DNA of 20,000 nucleotides from Nitrososphaeria archaeon (GCA_050011875.1 JBEKIG010000015.1:73134-93133), one strand, 5' to 3'. Positions 1 through 8,883 are shown, counted from the first letter of the stretch. Translations and numbers: made by a program. Notes: generated by a model not told the origin, from the sequence alone.

Positions 1-596
1 ATACCTGTGCCATCGATTCCGACAGCATTTTCTATGCCTGCACGCAAAAGGTTCAGAACGTCTGCACGTCCTTCAACCAGTATTACGGTATCCGATTTCT
101 CGACAGCAGGACCTGCGGGAAGCTTTTCCTTACCAAAAGCGACGATCTTGGATTTGCCCATCGATTCACTGATATCCTTCAGTATTTTGTCGCCTTCGGT
201 CATCACTCTCTTGGACCAGTCCCTAGCTATTTCTTTAGCTCTCTCTTTTATCTGTTTAACCTTTTCAACACGTATATCCTCCATCGAAATCAGCTTGAAC
301 CTCCCAGTGCATGGACCTACGCGGTCAACGCTTTCAACCGTTGCAGCGATCAAGCTCGTGGTCTCGAAATCTGTTGATGTAGGTATCATTACTTCACCGA
401 ATGTTCTATCGTTCTTTGATTCTAGGTTTATCTCTATTCGGCCGATCTTCCACGTCTTCTGTAATTCGTTTAGATCAAATTCTGGGCCGAAAAGGCCTTC
501 AGTCTGACCAAAAATCGCGCCTACAACGTCGGCGCGTTCGACGACGCCTTCAATTTCAAATTTTAAACGTATTAAATATTTAGTTGGAGTTGACAA
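1..596 (-). CDS. dnaG: Archaeal DnaG-type primase / DnaG-like Toprim protein, N-terminal part (gene runs off the left edge)
   Basis: Manual minus-strand translation from a TTG at 596: LSTPTKYLIRLKFEIEGVVERADVVGAIFGQTEGLFGPEFDL...ARDWSKRVMTEGDKIL...SDTVILVEGRADVLNLLRAGIENAVGIDGTG. This is the archaeal DnaG N-terminus followed by the Toprim VEGRADV motif. Start codon choice is uncertain. Confidence 0.93.
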   Translation of the reverse strand, partial: MSTPTKYLIRLKFEIEGVVERADVVGAIFGQTEGLFGPEFDLNELQKTWKIGRIEINLESKNDRTFGEVMIPTSTDFETTSLIAATVESVDRVGPCTGRFKLISMEDIRVEKVKQIKERAKEIARDWSKRVMTEGDKILKDISESMGKSKIVAFGKEKLPAGPAVEKSDTVILVEGRADVLNLLRAGIENAVGIDGTG

Positions 597-641
597 TTTT
601 ATCAATCGACTGTGTTTTAAAAAACTATTATTTAAGCTATT

Positions 642-1130
642 TTAGATGTACCGTTTAATTAGAGAAGGAAACTCTTCTAAGTGAAGGACAGAGCCGCCGC
701 CGATTTTATATACCTCCTTTCTATACCATAAATCATATTTTATACCTCTTACACTGAACTTCGATACCAACCTCTTACAGATAGACCAACCTTCCCTATC
801 ATTATCAACCAATATTATGACCTTTGAGTAGGAACGAGCCAACTGAAAAAGGTCGACGTGATTTGATTTATGGCTGTATAAATATGGCTCCCCAACCACC
901 CCTAACTCATCTAAGGCTTTCGCATCGTTTGGTCCTTCAACTACGATCAACGCATTGCTCTTGATTTCATCATTAAGGGCCTTTATGAGGTCAATAAGCC
1001 TTTCTAGTTCAACCAACTTTTTTCTGCTGAACTTTGGTCGATTAGAATGTACCCCGCCTCTGAACGGTTTTGGACCATCTGAGCCTTGTAAAGGCATTTC
1101 ACCAAACCTCTTTATGCGGGGCTTTGACAT
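642..1130 (-). CDS. Small Toprim-domain protein (primase-like / RNase M5-like family)
   Basis: ORF of 162 aa with Toprim signatures ALIVVEGPNDAKALDELG and KVIILVDNDREG; lies just upstream of dnaG on the same strand. Confidence 0.85.
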   Translation of the reverse strand: MSKPRIKRFGEMPLQGSDGPKPFRGGVHSNRPKFSRKKLVELERLIDLIKALNDEIKSNALIVVEGPNDAKALDELGVVGEPYLYSHKSNHVDLFQLARSYSKVIILVDNDREGWSICKRLVSKFSVRGIKYDLWYRKEVYKIGGGSVLHLEEFPSLIKRYI

Positions 1131-1258
1131 CCGTCTGTTGCGTCGCTGGGTTAACCCTATGCATCATTAGATCAGCTAGGGCCGTCGCCACGCTTTTACG
1201 ACGGATGTCAACCCTCTGAAACGACCTGATAGGATAAAAAGTTTTCTTAATCATTTCA

Positions 1259-2896
1259 TCATTTCGAAAGTAACTTTGTCAGGTTGATTTCTAGTGCGGT
1301 TACAGGATTTCTTAAGGAAGACTGAGAAATGTATAGAGGGGACACCTCTCCGAGTACGCCGATATATGCGCCATCCTCGTAGATCGAGGCGCAGCGGCCG
1401 CTGATAAAGTAATCGTGTGATGAAGCATTCATCTTACAGTTCTTTACTCCCAAGTAATCAAGGATTGAAAAGGCGGTCGATTTAATTTCCGTAAACGTTG
1501 TCTCAGAATGAGATATCATAGAGGATACCTTAACGTTTTCTACTATTTCCTGACCTCCTTCCCTAAGTTCGAAGGAACGCCCTATCTCAAAAATTTTCTG
1601 AGGATACTGTTCATGAACGTTCGATGATAGTGTCTGCAAAAGTTGGGGGATAACGGAACATCTGAGTACATTGTATTCTTGTGTCTTAGAGTACTCTACC
1701 TCTATCAGCGAAGACGAAAAAGGCTGCTGTAGTTCTTTATTTGAAAGATAAAAGTTCATGACTTCTATGAATCCTAAACCGATCAGACAAAGACGGACAT
1801 CTTCAACCTTTTCTTTGGCTTTCAATGGCTTACCCTGCTGTGGCAGACGAAGTTCAAGCGGAGTGATTTTATCGTATCCGTAGCCGTAGCCAACCTCCTC
1901 TATAAGGTCAACTTCATGTAAGATATCGATTCTATACCTTGGAACGGACACCTCTATCAGGTTTCCTTTCTTTAAAGAGCGCATGTTGACCTTTTTCAGC
2001 AAATTTATCGTTTCATCAAAATCTGTCGTAACGCCTAAGATTCGTCTTATTTCGTCAATTTTAAGGTACATTTTTTTCGGAGCCAACACTGGGCTCTCGA
2101 ATGATCTTTCAGGTCTGACTATCTTTATCTTATAGACAGAAGCACCGTAGTCTATTAAGGTTGTAGCCAGCAAGGCCAGCGCATCCTCAACCGGAGAAAG
2201 CTCGGTTCCCGTTACGTCGACAAAGAGGTTATTGGTTCTTTCGGTCAGAACTGTTACATTTCCATTGATTATCGGCGGGAGTGAGAGAACCTGATCCAAG
2301 GAGTCCTTCAATATCGGAAAAATGTTTTTTAAAGAAAGAAGGTTTCCATAATGAACACCCTGTTCCGTCTGTTTTAAGATTTCTTCGACTGACAAAGGGG
2401 AAGTGCCATTTAAGGGTGTAAACTTGAAACCTGCATTTTCAGTTGTGTAATAGATTGGTGGAACTATTCTTGACGCATCATGTAAACCTATGGCAAATTT
2501 TCTCCTTTTTCTCCCAATACCGTTGTGAAGGTCTTCCTGGAAGGATATGAGCTCCTTCAGGATAGATTCGGAGAAATCTAGCTTAGCAAACAGTCCAAGT
2601 ATATACGGTCTAATCGCTTCTACACTCTTATCTACATTTACTCGGATATCGTAAGCTGGTAAATCGTATTCCACCTTCGTCTCTTCTCCAAAGTTAAGAT
2701 AATTCAATGCCTTAGCGATACCGGCAGGAGACCCATAATCGGGACGATTTGGGCTGTATTCGACCTTGACTTCGTCATTATTCGAGTCTTCGATATCTAA
2801 TCCGATATAAGGTAAAAGCTCTAAGATTTGGCCGCTCGAAAGAGACTTCTTTAGGAATGAATTAAACCTGTCGTATCTAATAGTTAGTACGGGCAT
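1259..2896 (-). CDS. pheT: Phenylalanyl-tRNA synthetase beta subunit
   Basis: 545 aa ORF starting MPVLTIRYDRFNSFLKKSLSSGQILELLPYIGLDIED, with VEYSPNRPDYGSPAGIAKALNYL and the B5-like region VPRYRIDILHEVDLIEEVGYGYGYDKI; adjacent to pheS. Confidence 0.96.
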   Translation of the reverse strand: MPVLTIRYDRFNSFLKKSLSSGQILELLPYIGLDIEDSNNDEVKVEYSPNRPDYGSPAGIAKALNYLNFGEETKVEYDLPAYDIRVNVDKSVEAIRPYILGLFAKLDFSESILKELISFQEDLHNGIGRKRRKFAIGLHDASRIVPPIYYTTENAGFKFTPLNGTSPLSVEEILKQTEQGVHYGNLLSLKNIFPILKDSLDQVLSLPPIINGNVTVLTERTNNLFVDVTGTELSPVEDALALLATTLIDYGASVYKIKIVRPERSFESPVLAPKKMYLKIDEIRRILGVTTDFDETINLLKKVNMRSLKKGNLIEVSVPRYRIDILHEVDLIEEVGYGYGYDKITPLELRLPQQGKPLKAKEKVEDVRLCLIGLGFIEVMNFYLSNKELQQPFSSSLIEVEYSKTQEYNVLRCSVIPQLLQTLSSNVHEQYPQKIFEIGRSFELREGGQEIVENVKVSSMISHSETTFTEIKSTAFSILDYLGVKNCKMNASSHDYFISGRCASIYEDGAYIGVLGEVSPLYISQSSLRNPVTALEINLTKLLSK

Positions 2897-4412
2897 ATTT
2901 TACACCTCTCAACCAGTCCAAGTTATTTTTATACAGAAACCTGATTTCTTCCACATCGTAAGCTAACATTATCAATCTTTCAAGCCCGCCTCCCCAAGCT
3001 AGAACAGGGTTCTTTACGCCAGATGGTAGAGTTACTTCTGGCCTAAAAACACCCATACCACACAATTCTATCCACTTCCCTAATCTATCGACGTAAGCGA
3101 CAGCTTCAAGTGAAGGTTCAGTGTACGGAAAGAACGTAGGCCAAAACTTGACCTTCTCAAAACCGAGCTCTTTGTAGAAGGAACTTAAAACCCCGATCAG
3201 ATTTCTCAGCGTGACGTTGCGACCTGTAACTATCCCTTCATATTGATAGAACTCAAATAGGTGCTTATTGTCCAAGTTTTCATTCCTGAACACTCTGTCG
3301 ATGGAGAAAACCTTTGCTGATGAGGGCTTGTGATCGTAAAGATATTGTACAGTAATCGGTGTAGTATGGGTTCTTAGCACCATCTTTTTGGCTTCTTTCA
3401 GAGACCACTTATAACCCCAGCCAGTTGAACCTGTGTCACCACCATTCTCGTGTACGTCTTTTATGGCGTCCACTGGAGCCTCCTTTTCAAGATCCTTTGC
3501 CAATACATCCCTTAAATAGAAGGTGTCCTGCATTTCTCTTGCAGAGTGATCTTGAGGTATGAAAAGTGCATCAAAATTCCAAAATGAAGGAAGAGCAATG
3601 GGTCCTTCGATTTCTTCAAACCCAAGACACAAGAAAATTTCTCTGGCCCTGTCAATAAAATCCTGAACCGGATGCTTTTTTCCAGGATACAGTGTTGGGA
3701 CAGGACTCCCTATATCATATGGTCTAAAGACGACTTCCCTCCACCTTCCCGTTAAAAGTAGTTCAGGAGTAAGTTTGTCTTCATACGACTTCGTCTCATA
3801 TTCATCCAATATCGCCAAAGCCGGGGAGGAAACCTTTATCGTAGTTTGACTTACTTCTTTTGATAAGATATAATCAGGTCTCTTCTCCAGTTCCTCAAGC
3901 GCTTCCTTTTCATCCTCGCTCAGTGCTCTAACATCAACTTCTTTAAGAGAAAAAATTTTCTTGATAAGGGACTCCGTCGACAGCGTTCGATCACTTTCAG
4001 CTTCAAGAAGTGTTTTGCCGTCCTTTGTCAGTTTAACTAAACCCTTCCTTGTTGAGATACCTAGGGCTGCTGAAAACTCCTTTTCACCCATCTTCAGTTC
4101 CCTTCTTACATCCTCCAATGGGGTTTTCCCCCCTTTATTCATCAAAAGCAATTGAATACGTTTCTCCGGAAGCCCGTCTTTAACGCTTCTCTCACCGGCT
4201 GAACCCAACCCTATAAGAACCTTCGAATCCTTTTGCACTTCGATAAGATTCTTTTCCTTTAGCCACTCTATACCGCGTCGAACCTGATCTAGAGAAAGAC
4301 CGGTAATTGAAGGGAGAAGTTCAAGGTTTACACTTTCTTTCGTCCTTAGCACGCTGAGGATCTTGACTTCGATCGGATGTAGTACGATGCCCATTAAATC
4401 TACTTGCCGCAT
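2877..4412 (-). CDS. pheS: Phenylalanyl-tRNA synthetase alpha subunit
   Basis: 511 aa ORF with class II motifs FSIDRVFRNENLDNKHLFEFYQYEGIV and GGGLERLIMLAYDVEEIRFLYKNNLDWLR; N-terminal winged-helix region; overlaps pheT start by 20 nt. Confidence 0.97.
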   Translation of the reverse strand: MRQVDLMGIVLHPIEVKILSVLRTKESVNLELLPSITGLSLDQVRRGIEWLKEKNLIEVQKDSKVLIGLGSAGERSVKDGLPEKRIQLLLMNKGGKTPLEDVRRELKMGEKEFSAALGISTRKGLVKLTKDGKTLLEAESDRTLSTESLIKKIFSLKEVDVRALSEDEKEALEELEKRPDYILSKEVSQTTIKVSSPALAILDEYETKSYEDKLTPELLLTGRWREVVFRPYDIGSPVPTLYPGKKHPVQDFIDRAREIFLCLGFEEIEGPIALPSFWNFDALFIPQDHSAREMQDTFYLRDVLAKDLEKEAPVDAIKDVHENGGDTGSTGWGYKWSLKEAKKMVLRTHTTPITVQYLYDHKPSSAKVFSIDRVFRNENLDNKHLFEFYQYEGIVTGRNVTLRNLIGVLSSFYKELGFEKVKFWPTFFPYTEPSLEAVAYVDRLGKWIELCGMGVFRPEVTLPSGVKNPVLAWGGGLERLIMLAYDVEEIRFLYKNNLDWLRGVKYARTNY

Positions 4413-4460
4413 ATGTTTCTCATAATGTTTTTAAATCTTTTCAAAGAACCTTTCTCGAGA

Positions 4461-5609
4461 ATGGAAAAGACAGAAAACAACGGCAACGAAGTTACGCCAT
4501 GGACAGTTGAAGGAGAAGTGGACTACGATAGGTTAGTGGAAGAGTTTGGCACAAGGTACATAGACGATGGTATACTGGAGAACTTCAAGAAGTTTACTGG
4601 GGAAGTTAACTTTTTTATAAGAAGAGGCTTCTTCTTCAGCCACCGCGATCTTGACTGGATATTTAAAAAATACGAGGAGGGTGAAAAGTTTTATCTTTAC
4701 ACGGGAAGAGGCCCGTCTGGAAGGGTTCATCTCGGCCACCTCCTACCATGGTTCTTTACAAAGTATCTTCAGGAAAAATTCGACGTCCAGCTATTGTTCC
4801 AGGTTACGGATGACGAAAAGTTTCTCTATAGAGATCAGCTCTCTCTCGAGCAAGTCAACGAAATGACCGCAGACAACCTGTTGGACATTATTGCCGTCGG
4901 TTTTAATTCAAAAAAGACGCAGATTCTAGTAGACACCGAGGGTATAAGAGAACTTTACCCTCTATCCATTAAAATAGCTAAGGCAATAACCCTCTCAACC
5001 GTTAAGGCGGTCTTCGGGTTCCAAGACTCAACCAACATTGGAATGGCCTTCTTCCCATCGATTCAGGCAACCCCTTCCTTTCTATATTCCTACAAGCTAA
5101 GGAAGAAAGTGCCTTGCCTGATACCGGCTGCGATAGACCAGGACAACTTTTGGAGAATGACACGGGACGTGGCAGAGAAACTGGATTACTATAAACCGGC
5201 GCAGGTACACTCTAAGTTCCTCCCAGCGCTAAACAAGGAAGGGAAGATGTCATCGTCTTCACCTGAGAGCGCGATCTACACAACCGATAAACCTAAGGAG
5301 ATAGAAAGGAAGATTAAAAACGCGTTCACCGGAGGGCAGCCTACGATAAAGGAGCAGAGGGAAAAGGGAGCAAACCCCAATATTTGTCCCGTTTTCTGGT
5401 ACGAACAATACTTTTTTGAGCCCGACGACAGAAAATTGGAGGAAATAAGACACGATTGTATATGCGGAAAACTCTTATGTGGCGAACACAAGTTGTCCCT
5501 TATAGGAAAGATCAAGAAGTTCCTAGAAGATTTCCAAGCTAAACGTGATGAGGCAAAGGCAGAAGTTAAGGAGTTCCTTTACGACCCGAGCAGAGAAGTT
5601 GTCCTTTAG
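4461..5609 (+). CDS. trpS: Tryptophanyl-tRNA synthetase (archaeal/eukaryotic type)
   Basis: ORF track gives 4404..5609; the internal ATG at 4461 (MEKTENNGNEVTPWTVEGEVDYDRLVEEFGT) is the more likely start. Class I motifs SGRVHLGHLLPWFFTKYLQ and KMSSSSPESAIYTTD. Confidence 0.95.
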   Translation: MEKTENNGNEVTPWTVEGEVDYDRLVEEFGTRYIDDGILENFKKFTGEVNFFIRRGFFFSHRDLDWIFKKYEEGEKFYLYTGRGPSGRVHLGHLLPWFFTKYLQEKFDVQLLFQVTDDEKFLYRDQLSLEQVNEMTADNLLDIIAVGFNSKKTQILVDTEGIRELYPLSIKIAKAITLSTVKAVFGFQDSTNIGMAFFPSIQATPSFLYSYKLRKKVPCLIPAAIDQDNFWRMTRDVAEKLDYYKPAQVHSKFLPALNKEGKMSSSSPESAIYTTDKPKEIERKIKNAFTGGQPTIKEQREKGANPNICPVFWYEQYFFEPDDRKLEEIRHDCICGKLLCGEHKLSLIGKIKKFLEDFQAKRDEAKAEVKEFLYDPSREVVL

Positions 5610-6057
5610 AATCAATTTCCCTGTTTCTTATCTTCGTAGAGGAGATTCTCTCACCATCTTCGGCGTAAACAAGAGGGACAACAACCTTCACTAATGGAGT
5701 TAATCCCATAGAAAATCTTATCAAGTTACATTCGTCTGCAAAGATCTGCGTTTCTTCGCTGACAACAATAGTAACTGACTTCGGAAACAATGCAGGACCA
5801 TAACGATCTTTGAGTTCAAATATCGAGCACCTTCCTAAAGCACCCTTTGTTTTCAAGTAAGATCGCAGTAGCTCAAATCTCTGTTTGTAGTTATGGTCCA
5901 CACATTTACCAATTTCCTCTAAGAAGGAGTCTGAAGACAACCCAATTATCACTTTGTTACCCAAGCTAAGAACACAATCCAATAGAAGAACGTGTCCCTT
6001 GTGTATATAATCAAAGGTACCACCAACAACTACTTGTTTAAAAAGACGCTTTGACAT
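5566..6057 (-). CDS. Archaeal phosphopantetheine adenylyltransferase-like nucleotidyltransferase
   Basis: GGTFDYIHKGHVLLLDCVLSLGNKVIIGLSSD nucleotidyltransferase signature; archaeal PPAT-like C-terminus RISSTKIRNREID. Confidence 0.9.
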   Translation of the reverse strand: MSKRLFKQVVVGGTFDYIHKGHVLLLDCVLSLGNKVIIGLSSDSFLEEIGKCVDHNYKQRFELLRSYLKTKGALGRCSIFELKDRYGPALFPKSVTIVVSEETQIFADECNLIRFSMGLTPLVKVVVPLVYAEDGERISSTKIRNREIDSKGQLLCSGRKGTP

Positions 6058-6156
6058 TCGTATTCGCCTTTTTTTGATACATCTTCTGCCCTCTTACTAA
6101 ATAAAGATTTAACTAGAGAAAGTTGTGTAGAAATAAGACAAGAAAATATAGTTGAG

Positions 6157-7068
6157 ATGAAAAACTTGAGTGTAGAAGAGCAGGAATCCTATTTCAAAGC
6201 CGGGAAGATAGCTTCTCAGATCATAAAGGAAGCTAGGAGTAGAATAAGACCAGGAACCAGCTTCCAAGAGATCTGTAGAATAGTGGAGGATAGAAGCGCT
6301 GAACTGGGAGGAGAACAGGCTTTCCCAGCAAACATATGTATTAACGAGGTAACAGCACACGATACTGCTGGAATAGACGACATAAGAATAATAGGTGAAA
6401 GAGACCTTGTCAAATTGGACATCGGAATCCATGTGAACGGCTTTATAGCCGACACGGCTATAACAATCAATTTTAATGAGGAATATGCTGACATGACCAG
6501 AGCTAATCTTGAAGTGCTTAATACGGCTCTCAAGAAGGTGAAGGCAGGGGAAAGTATTAATGAAGTAGGCAGAACGATATATAATGCGACAACTCAAATG
6601 GGGTACAAGACAATCTTCAATCTTTCAGGACATTCTCTTGGACAGTTTCAGATTCATTCAGGCCAGTCGATACCCAATACCCCTGTCAAAGGATTACTGG
6701 GGAGATTCGGTGAAGGGAAAGGTTATGCGATAGAGCCTTTTCTTACAACAAAGAGCGCAGCGGCCTTCGTTGATGAGACAGATAGTGTTCACATTTTCAG
6801 CGTAATCAGAAGAAAGCGACTTAAGGACAAGGTGGCAGATTCCCTTTTAGAAAAAATCTGGGAGAGAAGAAAGACGTTACCCTTTACCATCCGATGGTTT
6901 ACTGACTTATATGAAAAAAAGGAACTGCAAAATGCAATAGTATACCTTGTCAAGAACAAGATGATAAGGGAGTATCCTGTTTTGAAGGAGGCGACCAATC
7001 AAATCGTCAGCCAATACGAGCATACGGTGCTAGTCATGAAAAACAATACGATTATTACGACAGCGTAA
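6157..7068 (+). CDS. map: Methionine aminopeptidase, type II
   Basis: Metal-ligand motifs present: TAHDTAGIDD, KLDIGIHVNGFIADTA (two Asp), GHSLGQFQIH, GKGYAIEPF, SQYEHTVLV; PANICINEVTAH typical of the archaeal family. Confidence 0.95.
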   Translation: MKNLSVEEQESYFKAGKIASQIIKEARSRIRPGTSFQEICRIVEDRSAELGGEQAFPANICINEVTAHDTAGIDDIRIIGERDLVKLDIGIHVNGFIADTAITINFNEEYADMTRANLEVLNTALKKVKAGESINEVGRTIYNATTQMGYKTIFNLSGHSLGQFQIHSGQSIPNTPVKGLLGRFGEGKGYAIEPFLTTKSAAAFVDETDSVHIFSVIRRKRLKDKVADSLLEKIWERRKTLPFTIRWFTDLYEKKELQNAIVYLVKNKMIREYPVLKEATNQIVSQYEHTVLVMKNNTIITTA

Positions 7069-7075
7069 ATGGAAG

Positions 7076-7276
7076 TTATTTTTTGATAAGCTCTTCTTTG
7101 TAGATCGCGTCCATCATCGTCTTTGAGCCGCACTTTTGGCACTTACTGCCCTCTTTAAAGATGAAATCACCAAACTGGAACGGTCTTTTCATCTTTAGAC
7201 CGCAGGATGAACACCCCTCCACGGTAACGATCCTGAAAGGCTTTTTGTCCTGACCTTTAAACAGTAGGTTCGCCAT
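7076..7276 (-). CDS. Small zinc-ribbon protein (two CxxC pairs)
   Basis: 66 aa ORF with CSSCGLKMKRPFQFGDFIFKEGSKCQKCGSKTMMDAIYKEELI; 1-nt overlap with the upstream DUF1512 stop codon. Confidence 0.75.
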   Translation of the reverse strand: MANLLFKGQDKKPFRIVTVEGCSSCGLKMKRPFQFGDFIFKEGSKCQKCGSKTMMDAIYKEELIKK

Positions 7277-8397
7277 TACTGCCCAACCCCCAAAGTATTT
7301 CCAACACCTACAATTATAACTGTGTCTCCTTCCTTCGTCCTATCTTCAAGCAGGTTGTCAAGTCTTGCCTGAACCTTGGCTGCCGCGTCAATAATATCCT
7401 TGGTCATAGCAGTTATTGCTTCAGCAAGAGTTTCCTTGATGATTATCGCGTACAGCGGGGTACCGGTTTTCGAAGACACTTCTTCTATCTTGAACTTATC
7501 CACACCTATGCCGCCAATAGCTGCACCTACACCTTCGGAAATTTCCCCCGAAGGCTCACCCTCTAACTTCAAGGCGGCATCGATCATTACTATTAAAGAA
7601 GGCTTCAACCCGTAATCGTTGATTAAACGCTCTACCGCATTACCTACTGCTCCAACATTTCCTGCAGGCCCTTCAGCCTTCATTGCGTAAATGTCCCTAT
7701 TTTTGTAACTGACTTCCGCGAACACCGTATCACGGGCTATTGTTTTCTTCTCATTATTTAGCATCAGCTTTGCAGCCACCATCGCACCTATCCCATCTCC
7801 AAGAGGCTGGACATTACTTACCGGTTCGATCGATGCCAACAGAGCCTCAATTTCTTTTAAGACTTCGGGCAAAATCATCTGTAACTGCATAAGGAGGTAG
7901 ATGTTTGATGTCTTCTTACCTAAAAGATAGTAGTGGCGGAGAACTTTATAATAATAATTTAATGCAGAGGACGTATCCAATAGATTCTCAACTACAGATG
8001 TTGTTATGACATCTTTGTTAGGTAGAAGCCTCTTGACCTCCTCCCTTACCCTTTCATCTCTTACACTTAGAAGGTGCTCTATCTTCCTCACCAGACCCGC
8101 TGGGTCTATGCTTACAGGAGCTATTGTAAAAAATTCTAGAAGGTCATCGACCTGTTTAGATGGGTCACCTTTGTATCCATTCTTCTGTAAGTAGTCTAAG
8201 AGTTCTTTCTTGGATTTATCATTAGCATTTTTAACCTTATTCAATGCCCCCGACAGGGACATAAGAATCCTCTGGGTTTGAATATAATTTCCGAAGAACA
8301 GGTAAAGGAAGAAGAACGCATAGAAGGCAAGCGACAATATTGTTTGGAGCGTAGTGCTGGTTACGGGAAAGAGTTGCAGTATCTGAGTTTGCATCAC
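7276..8397 (-). CDS. DUF1512 family archaeal protein (N-terminal membrane segment)
   Basis: 373 aa ORF; hydrophobic N-terminus LSLAFYAFFFLYLFFGNYIQTQRIL, then the DUF1512-like body (SIDPAGLVRKIEHLL...VVIVGVGNTLGVGQ). Confidence 0.85.
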   Translation of the reverse strand: MMQTQILQLFPVTSTTLQTILSLAFYAFFFLYLFFGNYIQTQRILMSLSGALNKVKNANDKSKKELLDYLQKNGYKGDPSKQVDDLLEFFTIAPVSIDPAGLVRKIEHLLSVRDERVREEVKRLLPNKDVITTSVVENLLDTSSALNYYYKVLRHYYLLGKKTSNIYLLMQLQMILPEVLKEIEALLASIEPVSNVQPLGDGIGAMVAAKLMLNNEKKTIARDTVFAEVSYKNRDIYAMKAEGPAGNVGAVGNAVERLINDYGLKPSLIVMIDAALKLEGEPSGEISEGVGAAIGGIGVDKFKIEEVSSKTGTPLYAIIIKETLAEAITAMTKDIIDAAAKVQARLDNLLEDRTKEGDTVIIVGVGNTLGVGQ

Positions 8398-8423
8398 TTT
8401 TTTTCACTTTTTTACTGTAAGGC

Positions 8424-8536
8424 GCCAGCACCACTGCTTCGCGACGGCTTCTGCACATCACTAACGCAATGGCGTGATATGGTTTGACTTCTGGGATCTG
8501 ACGAGACCAGGTCGAGCCCATAACACTATGGCCGGC
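8424..8536 (-). rRNA. rrf: 5S ribosomal RNA (ends approximate, +/- several nt)
   Basis: Minus strand reads gccggccatagtgttatgggctcgacctggtctcgtcagatcccagaagtcaaaccatatcacgcc...gcagtggtgctggc. The central ACCUGGUCUCGUCAGAUCCCAGAAGUCAAACC block matches the universal 5S pattern (ACCCGGUCUCGUC..AACCCGGAAGUUAAGCC). Helix I GCCGGC/GCUGGC closes the molecule, and helix II tgttatgg/ccatatca pairs with one mismatch. Confidence 0.88.
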
Positions 8537-8573
8537 TAAACAATACCGCCCAAATAACTACTAATTAAGCTTT

Positions 8574-8593
8574 CGTTTTTAATATAAAAAACG
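8574..8593. promoter_or_regulatory. Near-palindromic AT-rich TATA-like core between divergent 5S rRNA and tRNA-Trp
   Basis: cgttttt-aatat-aaaaaacg lies about 40 nt from the 5' ends of both RNA genes (8536 minus, 8631 plus). Confidence 0.5.
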
Positions 8594-8630
8594 TTTATTT
8601 TCCTTTCCTATGGTAGCATGACTTGTCGGA

Positions 8631-8760
8631 GGGGCTGTCGTCCAGCTAGGGAGGACAACGGGCTCCAGAACATATATGGTATATTGACTACAAGGATGAT
8701 GTAGTTTTGGAGCTGGGTGAAGAAACCCGTAAGCCGTGGGTTCAAGTCCCACCAGCCCCA
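8631..8760 (+). tRNA. tRNA-Trp(CCA) with an intron of about 56 nt at position 37/38 (putative intron 8669..8724)
   Basis: Acceptor ggggctg/cagcccc + a73; D stem gtcc/ggac; anticodon stem acggg (8658-8662)/cccgt (8726-8730) with loop ctccag|a; T arm gtggg-ttcaagt-cccac. Confidence 0.93.
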
Positions 8761-8883
8761 CCTCATTTTGAATTAAAGTCTATGTTAAAAGTGACAGTGA
8801 CCCTTTTATTTGTTCGAAAGAAATGGAAACTTAGCAACATGATTGCCAGTCAAAGAACAACAATAAATACTATAAATGGAAAG

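Noticed and set aside
7-507. 166-aa plus-strand ORF (MPSIPTAFSMPARKRFRTSARPST...)
   Set aside because: Antisense shadow of dnaG; the minus strand encodes a clear DnaG N-terminus across the same bases.
955-1170. 71-aa plus-strand ORF
   Set aside because: Antisense to the Toprim protein with low-complexity Ser/Leu composition.
6109-6597. 162-aa minus-strand ORF
   Set aside because: Antisense to map, whose metal ligands are all present; composition is Ser/Tyr/Phe-rich as expected for antisense.
8237-8521. 94-aa minus-strand ORF MGSTWSRQIPEVKPYH...
   Set aside because: Covers the 5S rRNA gene and the start of the DUF1512 gene in another frame; no protein-like family signal.
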